Part shown: one piece after another, positions 49,805 through 61,088 of the stretch
Numbering within the stretch: position 1 is the stretch's first letter
How the letters are laid out: each line of letters begins with the position of its first letter
DNA from: Aplysia californica
Taxonomy: Eukaryota
Reading direction: 5' to 3'
DNA: 64,000 bases
Assembly: GCF_000002075.1 (NCBI RefSeq)
Contig: NW_004797288.1
Coordinates: 560,426-624,425 of the forward strand
Notes under the pieces: generated by a model
What the model was told of the DNA's origin: nothing
Databases searched by the model: none
Seen by the model: the letters and a program-made list of their open reading frames with translations, nothing else
Translations under genes and position numbers: made by a program

Positions 49805-51657
49805 TGATTAGTTTGAAAGAGATGAGGAGACTCTGATAGCAGCGCTTGACCTCGAGGATACCTTCTATTTGGTTGAGTACAATGTCCTTTTGAGAACTAT
49901 GATCAACCTGAAGATTAGCCTCCAGCTCATGATATGGATAGGTGAGGCATTGCTGAAGAGGAGAGTTGCAATGCAGCTGGGTAATTGGACATCTGACACC
50001 AGAAGCATCACACAGGAGATGCCACCGGGATCATCGCTCTCACCAGTTTTATTCAACATATGCACTGTTGGAATCACTTCTGGACAACTGGAAGGCCCAT
50101 GGCGTTTGTTGAGCTTTGTGGATAATATCCTTGTATATAGACAGGGTAAGGACAGGCAAGAAACCGCTAACGTGGGGCAACAGGAGCTGGATCGAATTGG
50201 GCAATGGTGTGTAAACCACAACGGCAAACTCCACTCCGACAAGGCCTTTTGTGCAATGGTGTTCGCTGGACAATCACGCGGTTATAGCAGAGATGCCCAC
50301 AGTCACGATCAACTACATGGTCCTGAAGCATGAGCTCTCACTGAGGTATCTAGGTATCACCTTTGACAGATCATTCTCAGGTAAAGATCACATAACCAGG
50401 ATCATCACAAGAACCAGAAAAGGTCTGACCGCACTGAAAACCATGGCACGTAACAGAATGCTACAGAGAATTTTTGCCATACTATATCAGACTCTTGTGC
50501 TGTCTGTGATAGACTATGTCCTCGGTCTCCTCACCTTGTCAACGTTGCAGCTGAAACGCCTTGAAAGAATTCAGAACGAAGGTATGCGGACTGTTCTCGG
50601 ATGCACTCGAAACACACCCTGCAAGTCATTGCGTTATCTCCTGGACCTTCCAGCCATGGTAGAAGGTCGCAAGATTGCTCAGGTGAAAGCATATTTGAGA
50701 GTCTGTGCTGATGATCAGCAACCACTACATGACAAAGTGGGAAGAACTGTACGCACGCGTCTGCTTAGAGGGACTGTATGGATGAGTGAGGCGGCGACGC
50801 TTTGGCTAAATGCTGTGAAGTGCAAGACATCCAAAGGGGCAGCGCCTGGGTCAGCACCAATGACACACCTGGGCGGTATACTCGAGTGGTAGCAACCTTA
50901 GGCAGAGAATATCCTGAGTGACCAGAGGGAGCAGCCAATGCCGAGGTAGAGACGCTGATAGAGGAGAACAATGAACAGGGCGACATAGTCATCTTCACAG
51001 ATGGATCAGTACAACGTGGTGTCAAATCTGGATAGGCTTTCAGTGCCTGTGTAAACAGGGTCATACAGAGAGAGATGTCTGGTGCCTCTAGTATAACCAA
51101 GTCCAGCATGTGCATGGAGATGGATGTCATCACAGAAGCCGTTAACTGGATTAAAACTGCGGAGTATCAGTCTGCCAGTCTCATCACCGACTCAATGAGT
51201 ACCCTCGAAAAAGTGAAGAAACATTTAATGTATGCAGACTGGCGAGAGGCAATTCAAAGCAGCAGACTCACAAGGATTGTATGGACCTTTAGCCCTGGTC
51301 ATGCAGGAGTTCAAGGCAATGAACATGCTGATAAGCTAGCTGGCCAGCCTGAGATTGGCGGCACCATGCAATTAGATCCACCAACAGTCATGGCAGCATT
51401 GACAGCATGGGTCTACGACCACAGAGAGGATGAAGGCACCACTTCACACACAATGGATAGACTAAGGGAAGCTGGTATCTCCAGAGGGTTGGGGAGAGAC
51501 AGCAACCTGCGTGGAAAAGCCAGAAGAATATCCAACCAGCTGATTATTGGCACGATCAGCAGGCAGACCCTTTCGTGGATCCTGGAGAGGAGGGAGGAGC
51601 AGCTATGGCATTGTGCCGCCTGCAATGATGCTTATTCTCCAACCAAGTAAATAAGTA
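49805..51657 (+). mobile_element. 5'-truncated, frameshifted LINE with RT and RNase H (I-group-like)
   Basis: ALDLED, PGSSLSPVLFNI, SFVDNIL and LRYLGITFD (RT). IFTDGS, ITDSMS and PGHAGVQGNEHADKLA (RNase H). Short AAGTA tail. Confidence 0.88.
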
Positions 51658-51719
51658 TACCCATATCCCCGTAGACATTGATCATATTTGTACTGAAAAT
51701 GAAAAACTGTATTTTACTT

Positions 51720-52680
51720 ATAAAGCAACATCAAAAAGTCTGGGAGTGTATTTTGATTCAAAATTGTCAATGGAACATCATACCAATTATTTATGTACCA
51801 TTTTATTTTGTGAATTGAGTAAAATTGGTCATATGTCTATGTTTTTGAATGAACTCTCGTTGAAAACGCTCTTGTCATCTTTCTTGTTTTCACGCATCGA
51901 TTATTGCAATGCTTTACTAGCTAACTTACCAAATACCACTCTTCACAAGTTACAACGTTTTCAAAATCATGCTGCTAGGCTTGTACTAAAGAAAAAGAGG
52001 AGGGATCACATTACTCCCATGCTAAGAACGTTGCATTGGCTTCCCGTGTCAGCTAGAATGTCATATAAAATTGCAATATTATGTCATAAATGTGTCAATA
52101 ACAAAGCTCCCTCATATCTTAGTGATCTCTTCCAGATTTATGTTCCATCTAGATCGCTAAGATCAGGATCAGTATCTTTTAAGAGTTCCTAGAAAAGGGG
52201 GTAAAAAAATAGCTGAAAGATCGTCTGCCCACCTTGCTCCATCAGTTTGGAACTCTCTACCCCAACCCTTGAGACATACAACATCTGAGTCTAAATTTTT
52301 TTAATCTTTAAAGACACATTTAATGACATCATTTTTATGTCAGTACATTCATGTTCTGGACAATGTTATGTAAATGACCCTTTATCCATTTATGTATTTT
52401 GTGAATTGCATTGTGTATATTATTTTATTATATATGTGTGAATGTGCTCATTTCGTAACGATGTGTAAGCATGCGTGTGTGAAAAGCGAGTTGATGTGTG
52501 TGTGTGTGGCATGCATGTGTGTGCACATGTGTGTGTGAGTGTGTGTGTGTGTGCGTGTGTGTGTCGCGTGCGTGAATATTGTTCGTACATGAATTTATGT
52601 AAAGCGCTTAGAGCTGTGTTTACACGGGAGTGGGCGCTATTGAAATGATCTTCATTATTATTAATATTATTATTATTATT
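51720..52680 (+). mobile_element. L2-clade LINE 3' fragment
   Basis: LQRFQNHAARLV..RDHITPMLRTLHWLPV..APSYLSDL..PSRSLRS. 3' tail TGTAAAGCGCTTAGAG..GCGCTAT..(ATT)n. Confidence 0.88.
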
Positions 52681-52817
52681 ACCTTTACCATTTGATCTCA
52701 TTAGAATGGGATATCCTCGCAAGTTCACTTTTATTTATGTTCTATAGTCTATAATTTTTTTTCTTATGCAGTTCAATGTTGTTTGTTCAGTAATATTGTC
52801 ATCTGTCTCCTCCTCAG

Positions 52818-52875
52818 ACCAAAGTCATGGATTGATGTTTTTCTTGTGGTGCCAGACATTTGCTTTGCTTATCAG
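52818..52875 (+). CDS. SLC38A7: SLC38A7-like coding exon 6
   Basis: ctcag| (S)PKSWIDVFLVVPDICFAYQ |gtttgt. Phase 2 to 0. Confidence 0.93.
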
Positions 52876-53063
52876 GTTTGTGGAATGCCTTTACTGATTT
52901 CTGTCAGATCAATTCTTTTTTTTTTTTAATGAAAAAAAAAATGGTAGAAGGATATTTATGTAAAACGTAATGTCTATTATGAGAGTAAATGAAAGTCCTT
53001 ATGGCATCAATTTTCATTTTTCCCATGAGTTTAGTGAGACTAGAGCTGCTAGCTTTTTGTGTA

Positions 53064-53585
53064 CAGTCGAACTGCTTTAGTGGTCAACTCTCCATAACAG
53101 TCACCTGTACTTATTGCCATTGTTCTGTGACACCCTTGTATTTTTCCTATATTTTTAACCTGTCCATACTGGTCCCTGTCGAATATGGCCAAGGTCAGTC
53201 ATTTTTCCTAACAAGTTGGTTTCAAAACCTGCTCATGGCAGTTCTTTACTACAAAAGTTTCCAGCCAACCTGTCCTCTGACAGAGAGTGTAGGTTTCAAA
53301 ACCTGCTCATGGCAGTTCTTTACTACAAAAGTTTCCAGCCAACCTGTCCTCTGACAGAGTGTGTACATTCGGTCAATTCAAAGATGCTCTTATGGTCGAT
53401 AACAACAATTTTGATGGAAATGAAATGGAGAGGTGAAATTGGGATTTAAGACGTTAAACCACCTCTTGACTTTGTCAAGTCTAGTAAGTCACTATAACTC
53501 AGATACTGTCCATAGCCACCACTTGTCTATAAAGGTCCCTTTTCTCTGTGATCTTGAGTTACTGTTATGAACAGGTTTGATTTTG
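53064..53585. mobile_element. Degenerate pogo/Tigger-type MITE with internal 74-bp tandem duplication (53218-53365)
   Basis: TA|CAGTCGAAC ... ACAGGTTTGA. The duplicated unit starts at 53218 and 53292. Confidence 0.6.
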
Positions 53586-53896
53586 CAAGCCTTAAAATCT
53601 TAACTTAAAACTATCAAGCCCCTGATTTAGACTGCGGAGTTGTCAGTTGGTCATCAATGTTGCTACATGACACTTGTGCAGTCTGTTACTTTGCTGTGGA
53701 CTGAAAAACAGGTGAATAAATATAAAGAGAGAGCGCACAAGCAGTTTTCAGGGAATTTACAGGAGGGGAGGGGGGTTGGGGGTTGACAAGGGTGCATTCT
53801 TTCAAGGGGAAATGAAACCTTGTCTTGGTAATGTTTAAAGGCATTTTGTGTATAATGTGTTACTCATTTTTGCTATCCTTTTTGTCTGTGTTTCAG

Positions 53897-54031
53897 TGCC
53901 ATGTGAGTATCATCCCAATCTACTCATGCATGGAAAAGAGAAATCTGCGAGAGTTCTCCAAGACCATCTCCCTTGCTATGGTGCTTTGTGTGCTCACATA
54001 CACAGTCACGGCGGCGCTGGGATACCTACAG
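53897..54031 (+). CDS. SLC38A7: SLC38A7-like coding exon 7
   Basis: ttcag| CHVSIIPIYSCMEKR...YTVTAALGYLQ |gtactg. Confidence 0.93.
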
Positions 54032-54606
54032 GTACTGTCCTAATACTTAACTACCTCAGAATTACAATGTTCTATCTGCACAATACCTAGTTTTGAGAAA
54101 TTCGACGTCACATCATGTCAAGCTTTTTCAAATGCAATTGTTTGAATATCTTGATAATGACTTTGAATAATCTTACGATTTTGATAGAGCAGATAGAACA
54201 TTTGGTTTCTGACCTCTTTGTCTTTGTAACTCCATTAACAGCAAAAAATGTCGCATAGAACTTTGTAATTCTGAGGTAGCGACTTAGATGTCTCTTTTTT
54301 GCTGTTATTTATTTTTGGGTGCAAATAGTTCGGGTGGGGGTGGGGGAGGTGCAGAGTACCGCTGGTGGGTCCTACTTCTTTCTTTCCCTCTCTAGTTTGA
54401 CTCACATTTTTTCCTGCATCAGATTATCTTATTGTGTTGATGTGCTTCTCAAACTCAAAAACATCATTTTTGAGTGTCACTTTCCTGTAAATGTTCTATA
54501 TTGGCTCATGTTTCCTTTTGTTTGCCTTTTGCTAAGCAGATTGGTCCATCTCGAGGAGCCATGCTTCTAATAAGTATAGATGTTGCCCTATGCACATTGA
54601 CATACA

Positions 54607-54937
54607 TGTGTCACGGCGCGGTAGAATCGGGCACTCGTCAAATTTTGGGCATGTGGAGTTATTGGTGTCATGTAAAAGCTGATTTATTTGCCTTGCTTCT
54701 GGTTGAATAAATATCCATTTATCTTGAATAGAACTCAAGATATTTGCAATTAAAAGAGGTGAGATGGCCTGGTTTCAAAGGTGAAATTAGCGAGAAAATG
54801 GCCGTCAAAGTTTTGTAACTCCAATAGCTAAAGAGTCGTAGAAAACAGAAAATGACATATTTTGTGCCTTTGATCAATGTTTTTCTATAACATTCTCTTG
54901 GAAATGTGTTTTTATTATTTCACCACGCTGCCTCACA
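54607..54937. mobile_element. MITE, TGTGAGGCAGC family (older copy)
   Basis: Ends and interior align with 58675-59194. A partial copy also starts at about 44072. Confidence 0.7.
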
Positions 54938-55917
54938 TATTATTTATAAGATTTGTTGTTGGTGTCCAAGTTCAGTCAAACCTGTGCTAGGACAATGTTA
55001 CCCACAATGGGCGGGTTGGAGGATGCCACTGTTAGATCCTACTTCTTTACTTTCCCTCTACTGTTGTTTCTGTCTGTCTGGCTTACCTTTTCCCGGCACT
55101 AAATGACCATTATTGTGTCGATGTGCTTCTCTTTACTCAAGCAAACAAACAAACCACAATGGCCGCTGAGACGTTTCCTCCCAGCCGGGAGAGGTTTTAA
55201 AGAAAGGAGGCTCATTGTAACTGAACTACTGTGCTTAATGTAGTGAATTTTTTGCCTGAGAGGGTTTTGAGGAAATAGACAAGAGAGCAGGGGTGCATGT
55301 GCCCCAAGATTATGGACCAGTTTTGGTGTTCACCAACCTTACTAAAACTACATCTAGCGGCGACCAAGCTTGCTTGCAATCGTCTGTCTATCCTCCATTT
55401 TGTCGACTGGACTTTGTTGTGTGTTGTTTTTGTTCCATATATTAAGTAATAATAATATATGTTATTGATGTCACAAATGAACTCCCTTTTTCGAGCTGGT
55501 GGTGGGCTTGATTTGCTGGGTAGTAAATTTCTGAAATATTGCTGGACACCCTTCACTATTATGGGCCAGTTTTAGTTTTGTGTTCACACGGCTTTTGAAT
55601 TGTCAAAAAATGTTTGTTTATGTCAGACTATTTATAGCAGTGCAGGTTGCTATTAGAGGAAAATTTTTAATGGGGTTCTTTATGCAGGGAAATTCCGTTA
55701 CCTAAGCTGCTGATAGATGGAGGTTACGATTATCTGGGTTGCTGTAAAGTTGACACTATTGTATTTCTTTGAAGGTGGTATAACTTGACTGCAGGAAGAA
55801 AGAATCATAGAAGTGTTTGTCGGAAGTGAAGTGTCATCCTTCTATCTGGCAAGGCATTGCTCAATGTATTCCATTATACTCTATATACGAGGGGTGAATT
55901 ATAAGTGCACATCATAT

Positions 55918-55920
<3 letters not shown>

Positions 55921-55974
<54 letters not shown>

Positions 55975-55988
55975 CTCTCTCTCTCTCT
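55921..55988. repeat. (CT)n microsatellite just upstream of the SLC38A7 exon 8 acceptor
   Basis: Direct reading. A (GT)n run follows the exon at 56266-56313. Confidence 0.95.
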
Positions 55989-56034
55989 TTTCCCTGTATA
56001 TATATTGACTTGTTTCCTTTCAATCCATTGGTAG

Positions 56035-56159
56035 TTTGGTGACAAGATTACTTCAGACGTTCTGCTGTCGTTTGATCCAGACATCCCAGTCATCTTTGCT
56101 GTTGTGCTAATCGCTATCAAGACGTACACAACATACCCCATCCTTTTATTTTGTGGAAG
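56035..56159 (+). CDS. SLC38A7: SLC38A7-like coding exon 8
   Basis: ggtag| FGDKITSDVLLSFDP...KTYTTYPILLFCG |gttggt. Phase 0 to 2. Confidence 0.93.
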
Positions 56160-56264
56160 GTTGGTCCATCTTCATATTTTGTGTGTTTTAGTCAATACTA
56201 CCCTTTTTTAGAAGAGATAATTGTTAATCTGATTTGTATTACAAGTCAGTACTAGCAAACATGA

Positions 56265-56315
<51 letters not shown>

Positions 56316-56728
56316 AAAATGAATGCATATATCTGTATTATCCTATTCTTTTATTTTGTGGTAGCTGTATGCAACTTTAATGCTTTTCATATTTATCACC
56401 ATTGATCCGTCAAAAGTTCAAATGGTTAGTGATTGTTTAAACTGTTTATAGCATGGATGTCTCAGTGTGTATTCAAATAGATATACTGTTGTTCTTGCAA
56501 AGAAAATGTTACTCTGTTTGACTTTGCTTTTCAGAGTGAGCAAAAAAATATGGAGACAAAATGTAATTTTTCAAATGCCATTATGATTCTGTGCAGATTT
56601 AAATGACCAGTTTGTTCAGATTTACTTGGAACATAACATGTACTTTAGCAAATGTCCCTACATGCCTTTTGTTTTGTGACATTGTCAGTTCTATTAAAAA
56701 TCTAAGGTTTGGTTCAAATATTTTGCAG

Positions 56729-56928
56729 GGCTGGATTTGATTGTATATGGTCACGTATATGGAAAATTACCCCAGAGGAATTTCTGTTGAAGGAAAGACG
56801 ACGTAGGATCATCACCACTATATTATGGTTTATTGCGACGCTGCTGCTGTCTATTTTCATTCCAAATATTGGAGTTGTTATACAAATTCTGGGAGCCTTT
56901 GCTGCCATCTTCATCTTTATTTTCCCAG
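56729..56928 (+). CDS. SLC38A7: SLC38A7-like coding exon 9
   Basis: ERRRRIITTILWF..FIPNIGVVIQILGAFAAIFIFIFP |gtaagt. Phase 2 to 1. Confidence 0.95.
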
Positions 56929-56951
56929 GTAAGTCATGATAAAAGTTCACA

Positions 56952-57324
56952 ACCCCTCGGGGCAGTGCCACTGACTGTTGTGTCTTTAGGCCATTCCCAA
57001 AGGGGGGACATTTCTCGTTCAAGCACAGTAGAATTGTAAATGGACTGACTCATGTCATGCTCTTAACTGTACCTGATCTACAACAGGGACCTGCTGCTTT
57101 TTCTTTCCTGATCCTTACTATTGTCATTTCCCTCTATTTCTTTTGTATGTTTGTCACTCTCTTGTTACCTGCTATTTCCGGGGTGCCTTGATAGTCGAAG
57201 CAGACCTTGTGCTGTTGAAGCTAGAGAGGTGTACAGTCTAAGTCTTCTCTGTTGACACCCACCCCTTGGCGCTCATATGACCTTATGTAGTTGGGAGCGC
57301 CATAAAACCCTCTACTATAAAAAA
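56952..57324 (+). mobile_element. Non-autonomous retroposon, copy 2 of 47223-47618
   Basis: Colinear along its whole length with the same 5' start. AAAAGTTC flanks both ends. Confidence 0.85.
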
Positions 57325-57589
57325 AAAAGTTCCACACTTTGTCTTGTATCATCTCAAAATGAGACAAACTAGGAAAGGGTGGCCTTTATGTTCTTGATAC
57401 CAGTGTTAAAGTTTGTCAATGAACTGAAAGATGGTGATACCTTTTTTTTTTTAATCACAGAGGAAGAGATTCCAGGATGAATTGAAGATGTGTCTGAGCA
57501 GATGATTGAAACACAGATTGGAAAAAAAGTTGTGTCTTAAATTGTACTGCATGTTCATCACCACGTTCCTCTTTCACTAAAAATATAAA

Positions 57590-58482
57590 TGACATGGCAC
57601 TGGACTCCGTAGAAAATTCTCCTAACAAATTTTTCCGTATCTTTTCTGACTCTCTGTCTTGAATCACCTCACTTACAAATTACACATTCTTTTTCCAAAA
57701 TTAGTTAGGTTACAACAACAAAAATACACGCTTTGGAATGAAACAGGGAAAAATATCGTGTTCGCATGGCTACCTAGCCACGTTGGAATCCGAGGAAACG
57801 AGCAGGTGGATCTCCTGGCGAAGGAATCCTTGTCTCTTCCGTTGGGATCAACGACGAACACTCTCCCTCTGAGAAAAAAATATAGTCAAAAACTACACCT
57901 GCGATCTGTGGGAGAATCGTTGGGACCAACAACAAACTACACAACTTAAAGCCCAAACTGGGTCCATGAAAACCTTCGGGTCTCTACAGAAGAGACGAAG
58001 TCATTTTTATTCAATTACGCGTAGGACACACTTCCCGGACACATAAATACCTCCTTCAAGGAGATGAGAAGCCGTTCTGTGACGGATTGGACACAGATTT
58101 TACGATTAGACACATTTTAACAGAATGTCTAGACTTTGGAGAGACCCGAAAGAAATATTTTAAATGTAAAAAATTGCAAGGTCTGTTTTCCATCATTTAT
58201 CCCAACAGAATCCTTGATTTTATAAAAGGCCGATGGCCTTTTATGAAAAATTGTAAATACTGTTATTTTTATGGTTAGCAGGTTATCCTTTTTAGATTGT
58301 TATTTTACCTCAAGTTTTTTACTTTTTAAAATCTGATCGTTGACCCTAGCCCAGCCGTGCAGTGAACTGTTGTGAATGCAATCAACTTGTATTTCGCACA
58401 CTCATATAACCTTATGCAGTTGCGAGCGCCGTAAAACTCTTACTAAGACTAAAAAACTAAAAAAACTAAAAAAACTAAAAAC
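57590..58482 (+). mobile_element. I/Nimb-like LINE 3' fragment (RNase H and C-terminal zinc knuckle)
   Basis: IFSDSLS, WLPSHVGIRGNEQVDLLAK, QLRVGHT, TIRHILTEC. Tail CTCATATAACCTTATGCAGTTGCGAGCGCCGTAAAAC then (CTAAAAAA)n. Confidence 0.85.
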
Positions 58483-58674
58483 ATGATGCCTCACATTTAG
58501 ATCTCTCGCTTTGAGACTATGAGGTCAGTTTCAGACCAGACTGGACTGTGTTTGATACAATATCACAGCAGGACGATGGAGATACTCCATAAAATATCTG
58601 CTCTGTGTTGGAGCCAAACCCACATCATTTACATTGAAGTTTCAAGCAAGTTCATGTTTTTATTCAGATGTAAA

Positions 58675-59194
58675 TGTGAGGCAGCGTGGTGGAATCAGGC
58701 TCTCGTCAAAATAATCAAGGTGATGAAACTTGTATTTTTCCGCAGGTTTGTGAATTTATATCAAATTTTTGTTTTTTGGCTCAACACCTTTCATGCCCAT
58801 TAAAGAGCTCATTTCAGTGTGGACTTTCCTGAAAAACGTGGATTAAAGGCACAAAAAATGTAAATGTTCAGTTACCACGGACTCTTAAGCTAAGAAAATA
58901 ACTAATCTTTGGCGACCATTTTCTCACTAACTTTACCTCTGAAAACAGGTGACCTAACTAATTTTGGAAAAAGAATGTGTAATTTGTAAGTGAGGTGATT
59001 CAAGACAGAGAGTCAGAAAGGATACGGAAAAATTTGTTAGGGGTCCTTCATTCACAAATATCTCGACTCGTATTCAAGATAAATTGATATTCTAAAAATC
59101 CAAATAAAGGAAAGTGAACAAGCTTTAAGATGCAACCAACAACTCCACATGCCCAAAAATTGACGAGAGCCTGATTCCACCACGCTGCCTCACA
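58675..59194. mobile_element. MITE with perfect 35-bp TIRs
   Basis: TGTGAGGCAGCGTGGTGGAATCAGGCTCTCGTCAA at 58675-58709 and its reverse complement at 59160-59194. Confidence 0.9.
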
Positions 59195-59354
59195 AACGTT
59201 TTTAAGTTCTTTTTAACCCCTTTTGCCCGTACGGATAGCACTTTTATGCTGGTTTTGATAGCATGAAGCAGAACAGTTGATTGAAGATCACTTCCTAGGT
59301 AAGGTTGAAGTCTGTTAGATTCTTTGTTTCACAGCTTGTGTGTAGGTGTATGCT

Positions 59355-59710
59355 AGCATCGCTGGCCTAGTGGTTAGGCTGTAAGTAGTCTAAGACGTGC
59401 AACCGTAAGGTCGTGGGTTCGAATCCCATCAGAGACTCGTTGTTGTGTCCTTGGGAAAGGCACTTTACACAAATTTTCCTCACATCACCCTGGTGAGAAT
59501 GGGTACCCAGCTATAGACAATGAAAGATCTTGTCAGTTTAGTAGTGTTTTAGTTCTTAATCAGCTGCTGGCACTGTATGCTTACCGGGAAGCTGAGAATG
59601 TTTCTGAATGTTCTGTGGTCTGCTGGGGTAATAATATAGTGTAAAGCGCATAGAGTTTGCTGTAGACCGGGATTTTGCGCTGTACAAATGCTATTTGTCA
59701 TTATTATTAG
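59355..59710 (+). mobile_element. tRNA-derived CORE-SINE with L2-type tail
   Basis: TGGCCTAGTGG A box, GGTTCGAATCC B box, TGTGTCCTTGGGAAAGGCACTTT CORE, AATGGGTACC. Tail GTAAAGCGCATAGAG..GCGCT..(ATT)n. Confidence 0.85.
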
Positions 59711-60255
59711 TAGGTTGCCAATTTACACACTGGTGGAATGGGGAAAAAATATCAGTGGGTTTTTGTTTTTTTTAAGACAAAACATCAGATCTCTCACATA
59801 AACATCTGATACCGGGATCTTTTAATCATGAGTCCAGGTATCTCCCTCCTAACTGCTGTGGCAATTCAGGCTTGGTAAATGTGGGAATTAGAATACTACT
59901 TTCATTCACCTATTGAGCTGGGATGGGGTTGTTTTGAATATGGCCGATGTCTGATTAGCATTTTTTTTCAACCTATGGTTTGCTTGATCCAGTTTTCCTT
60001 CTTCTTGCCTCTCTTGCCATATGTTACAGAGGTGTGCACATTACTGAAGCTGTACACCTATTGCCTCTGAATTCGTTGATCTCCCTCTTCTTCTTTTGGA
60101 TAAGTAACTTTTTTGACCAACTGTGCCCAGTTAGAAGAATCAAAGAACTTAAATTGCTGTACCAATGTGTATCACCATAACGAGGATCCCATCACCCCCA
60201 TTCAACCCCCATTCTTCTGCTTGAATTAAGTATGATATTCTATTTATTTCCTCAG

Positions 60256-60458
60256 GAATGTGCCTACTGAAGACTATGCAAGACAGAATTGAGACAGGTG
60301 AACCTCAGCCGAGACTTGTTCACTTCATGAAGGGTTTCTCCATCGTGTTTATTGTGCTTGGAGCTTTTATATTTGGTCTGACACTCTCACAGGCCGTCAT
60401 GAAAGACATGCAAGGTGTCCATGCTGACAAGTCCAATTTTACTTGCTCCAGTAATTAG
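60256..60458 (+). CDS. SLC38A7: SLC38A7-like coding exon 10 (terminal)
   Basis: ctcag| (G)MCLL...VLGAFIFGLTLSQAVMKD..., stop TAG at 60456-60458. Total spliced ORF is 478 aa. Confidence 0.93.
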
Positions 60459-61052
60459 AAAGTACAAAATTTACTCCAAGCTAAGTAGTTAATACCATCT
60501 GTTGTTAACTTGTATGTCATGCGTATTAGTGAATTCTTAAATTTTACCCTGCAAGCCTGAATGGGGAAGGAAGAGAGCAAAAATAAATAAATACTGTATT
60601 TCTTTAAGAAATTGCCTTATCCTTGCCAAACTTCATGTAGAAAAAAAGGTCTTCCTGCAGCGCACTGGACGTCCATAATTAACATGTTCTTTTCTAGACA
60701 TAGAAAAAAATTGTTTCTGATTAATTTTGCAATATTTTAACTTGAAATGATGGCATTATCTATTGATATTATTGATGTCAAAAAATGTTTATCCCCTCCT
60801 GTCTGCATCGTCGGCCTTTGACCATTCTGGATATCATTTTATGTTCTTTATGGATTTTTAAAATGCGAAATCTTCTTCAGTTCATCCATCAAGTTCTACT
60901 CAGGGCATGTTAGATTGTATTCTCGTTTGCCGTGTATGCTGGTCAGTGTTGGCTGGATGAAATTATGGGACCACATGACAGTCTATTGTTTATTGACTGG
61001 GACTGAGCCGGAACAGGAAATTGATATCCTTGAGGATGGTGTGCGTGTTTGT

Positions 61053-61088
<36 letters not shown>

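Noticed and set aside
49869-52192. Host protein-coding genes from the 148-213 aa ORFs
   Set aside because: They are frameshifted RT/RNase H and L2 fragments lying inside SLC38A7 intron 5.
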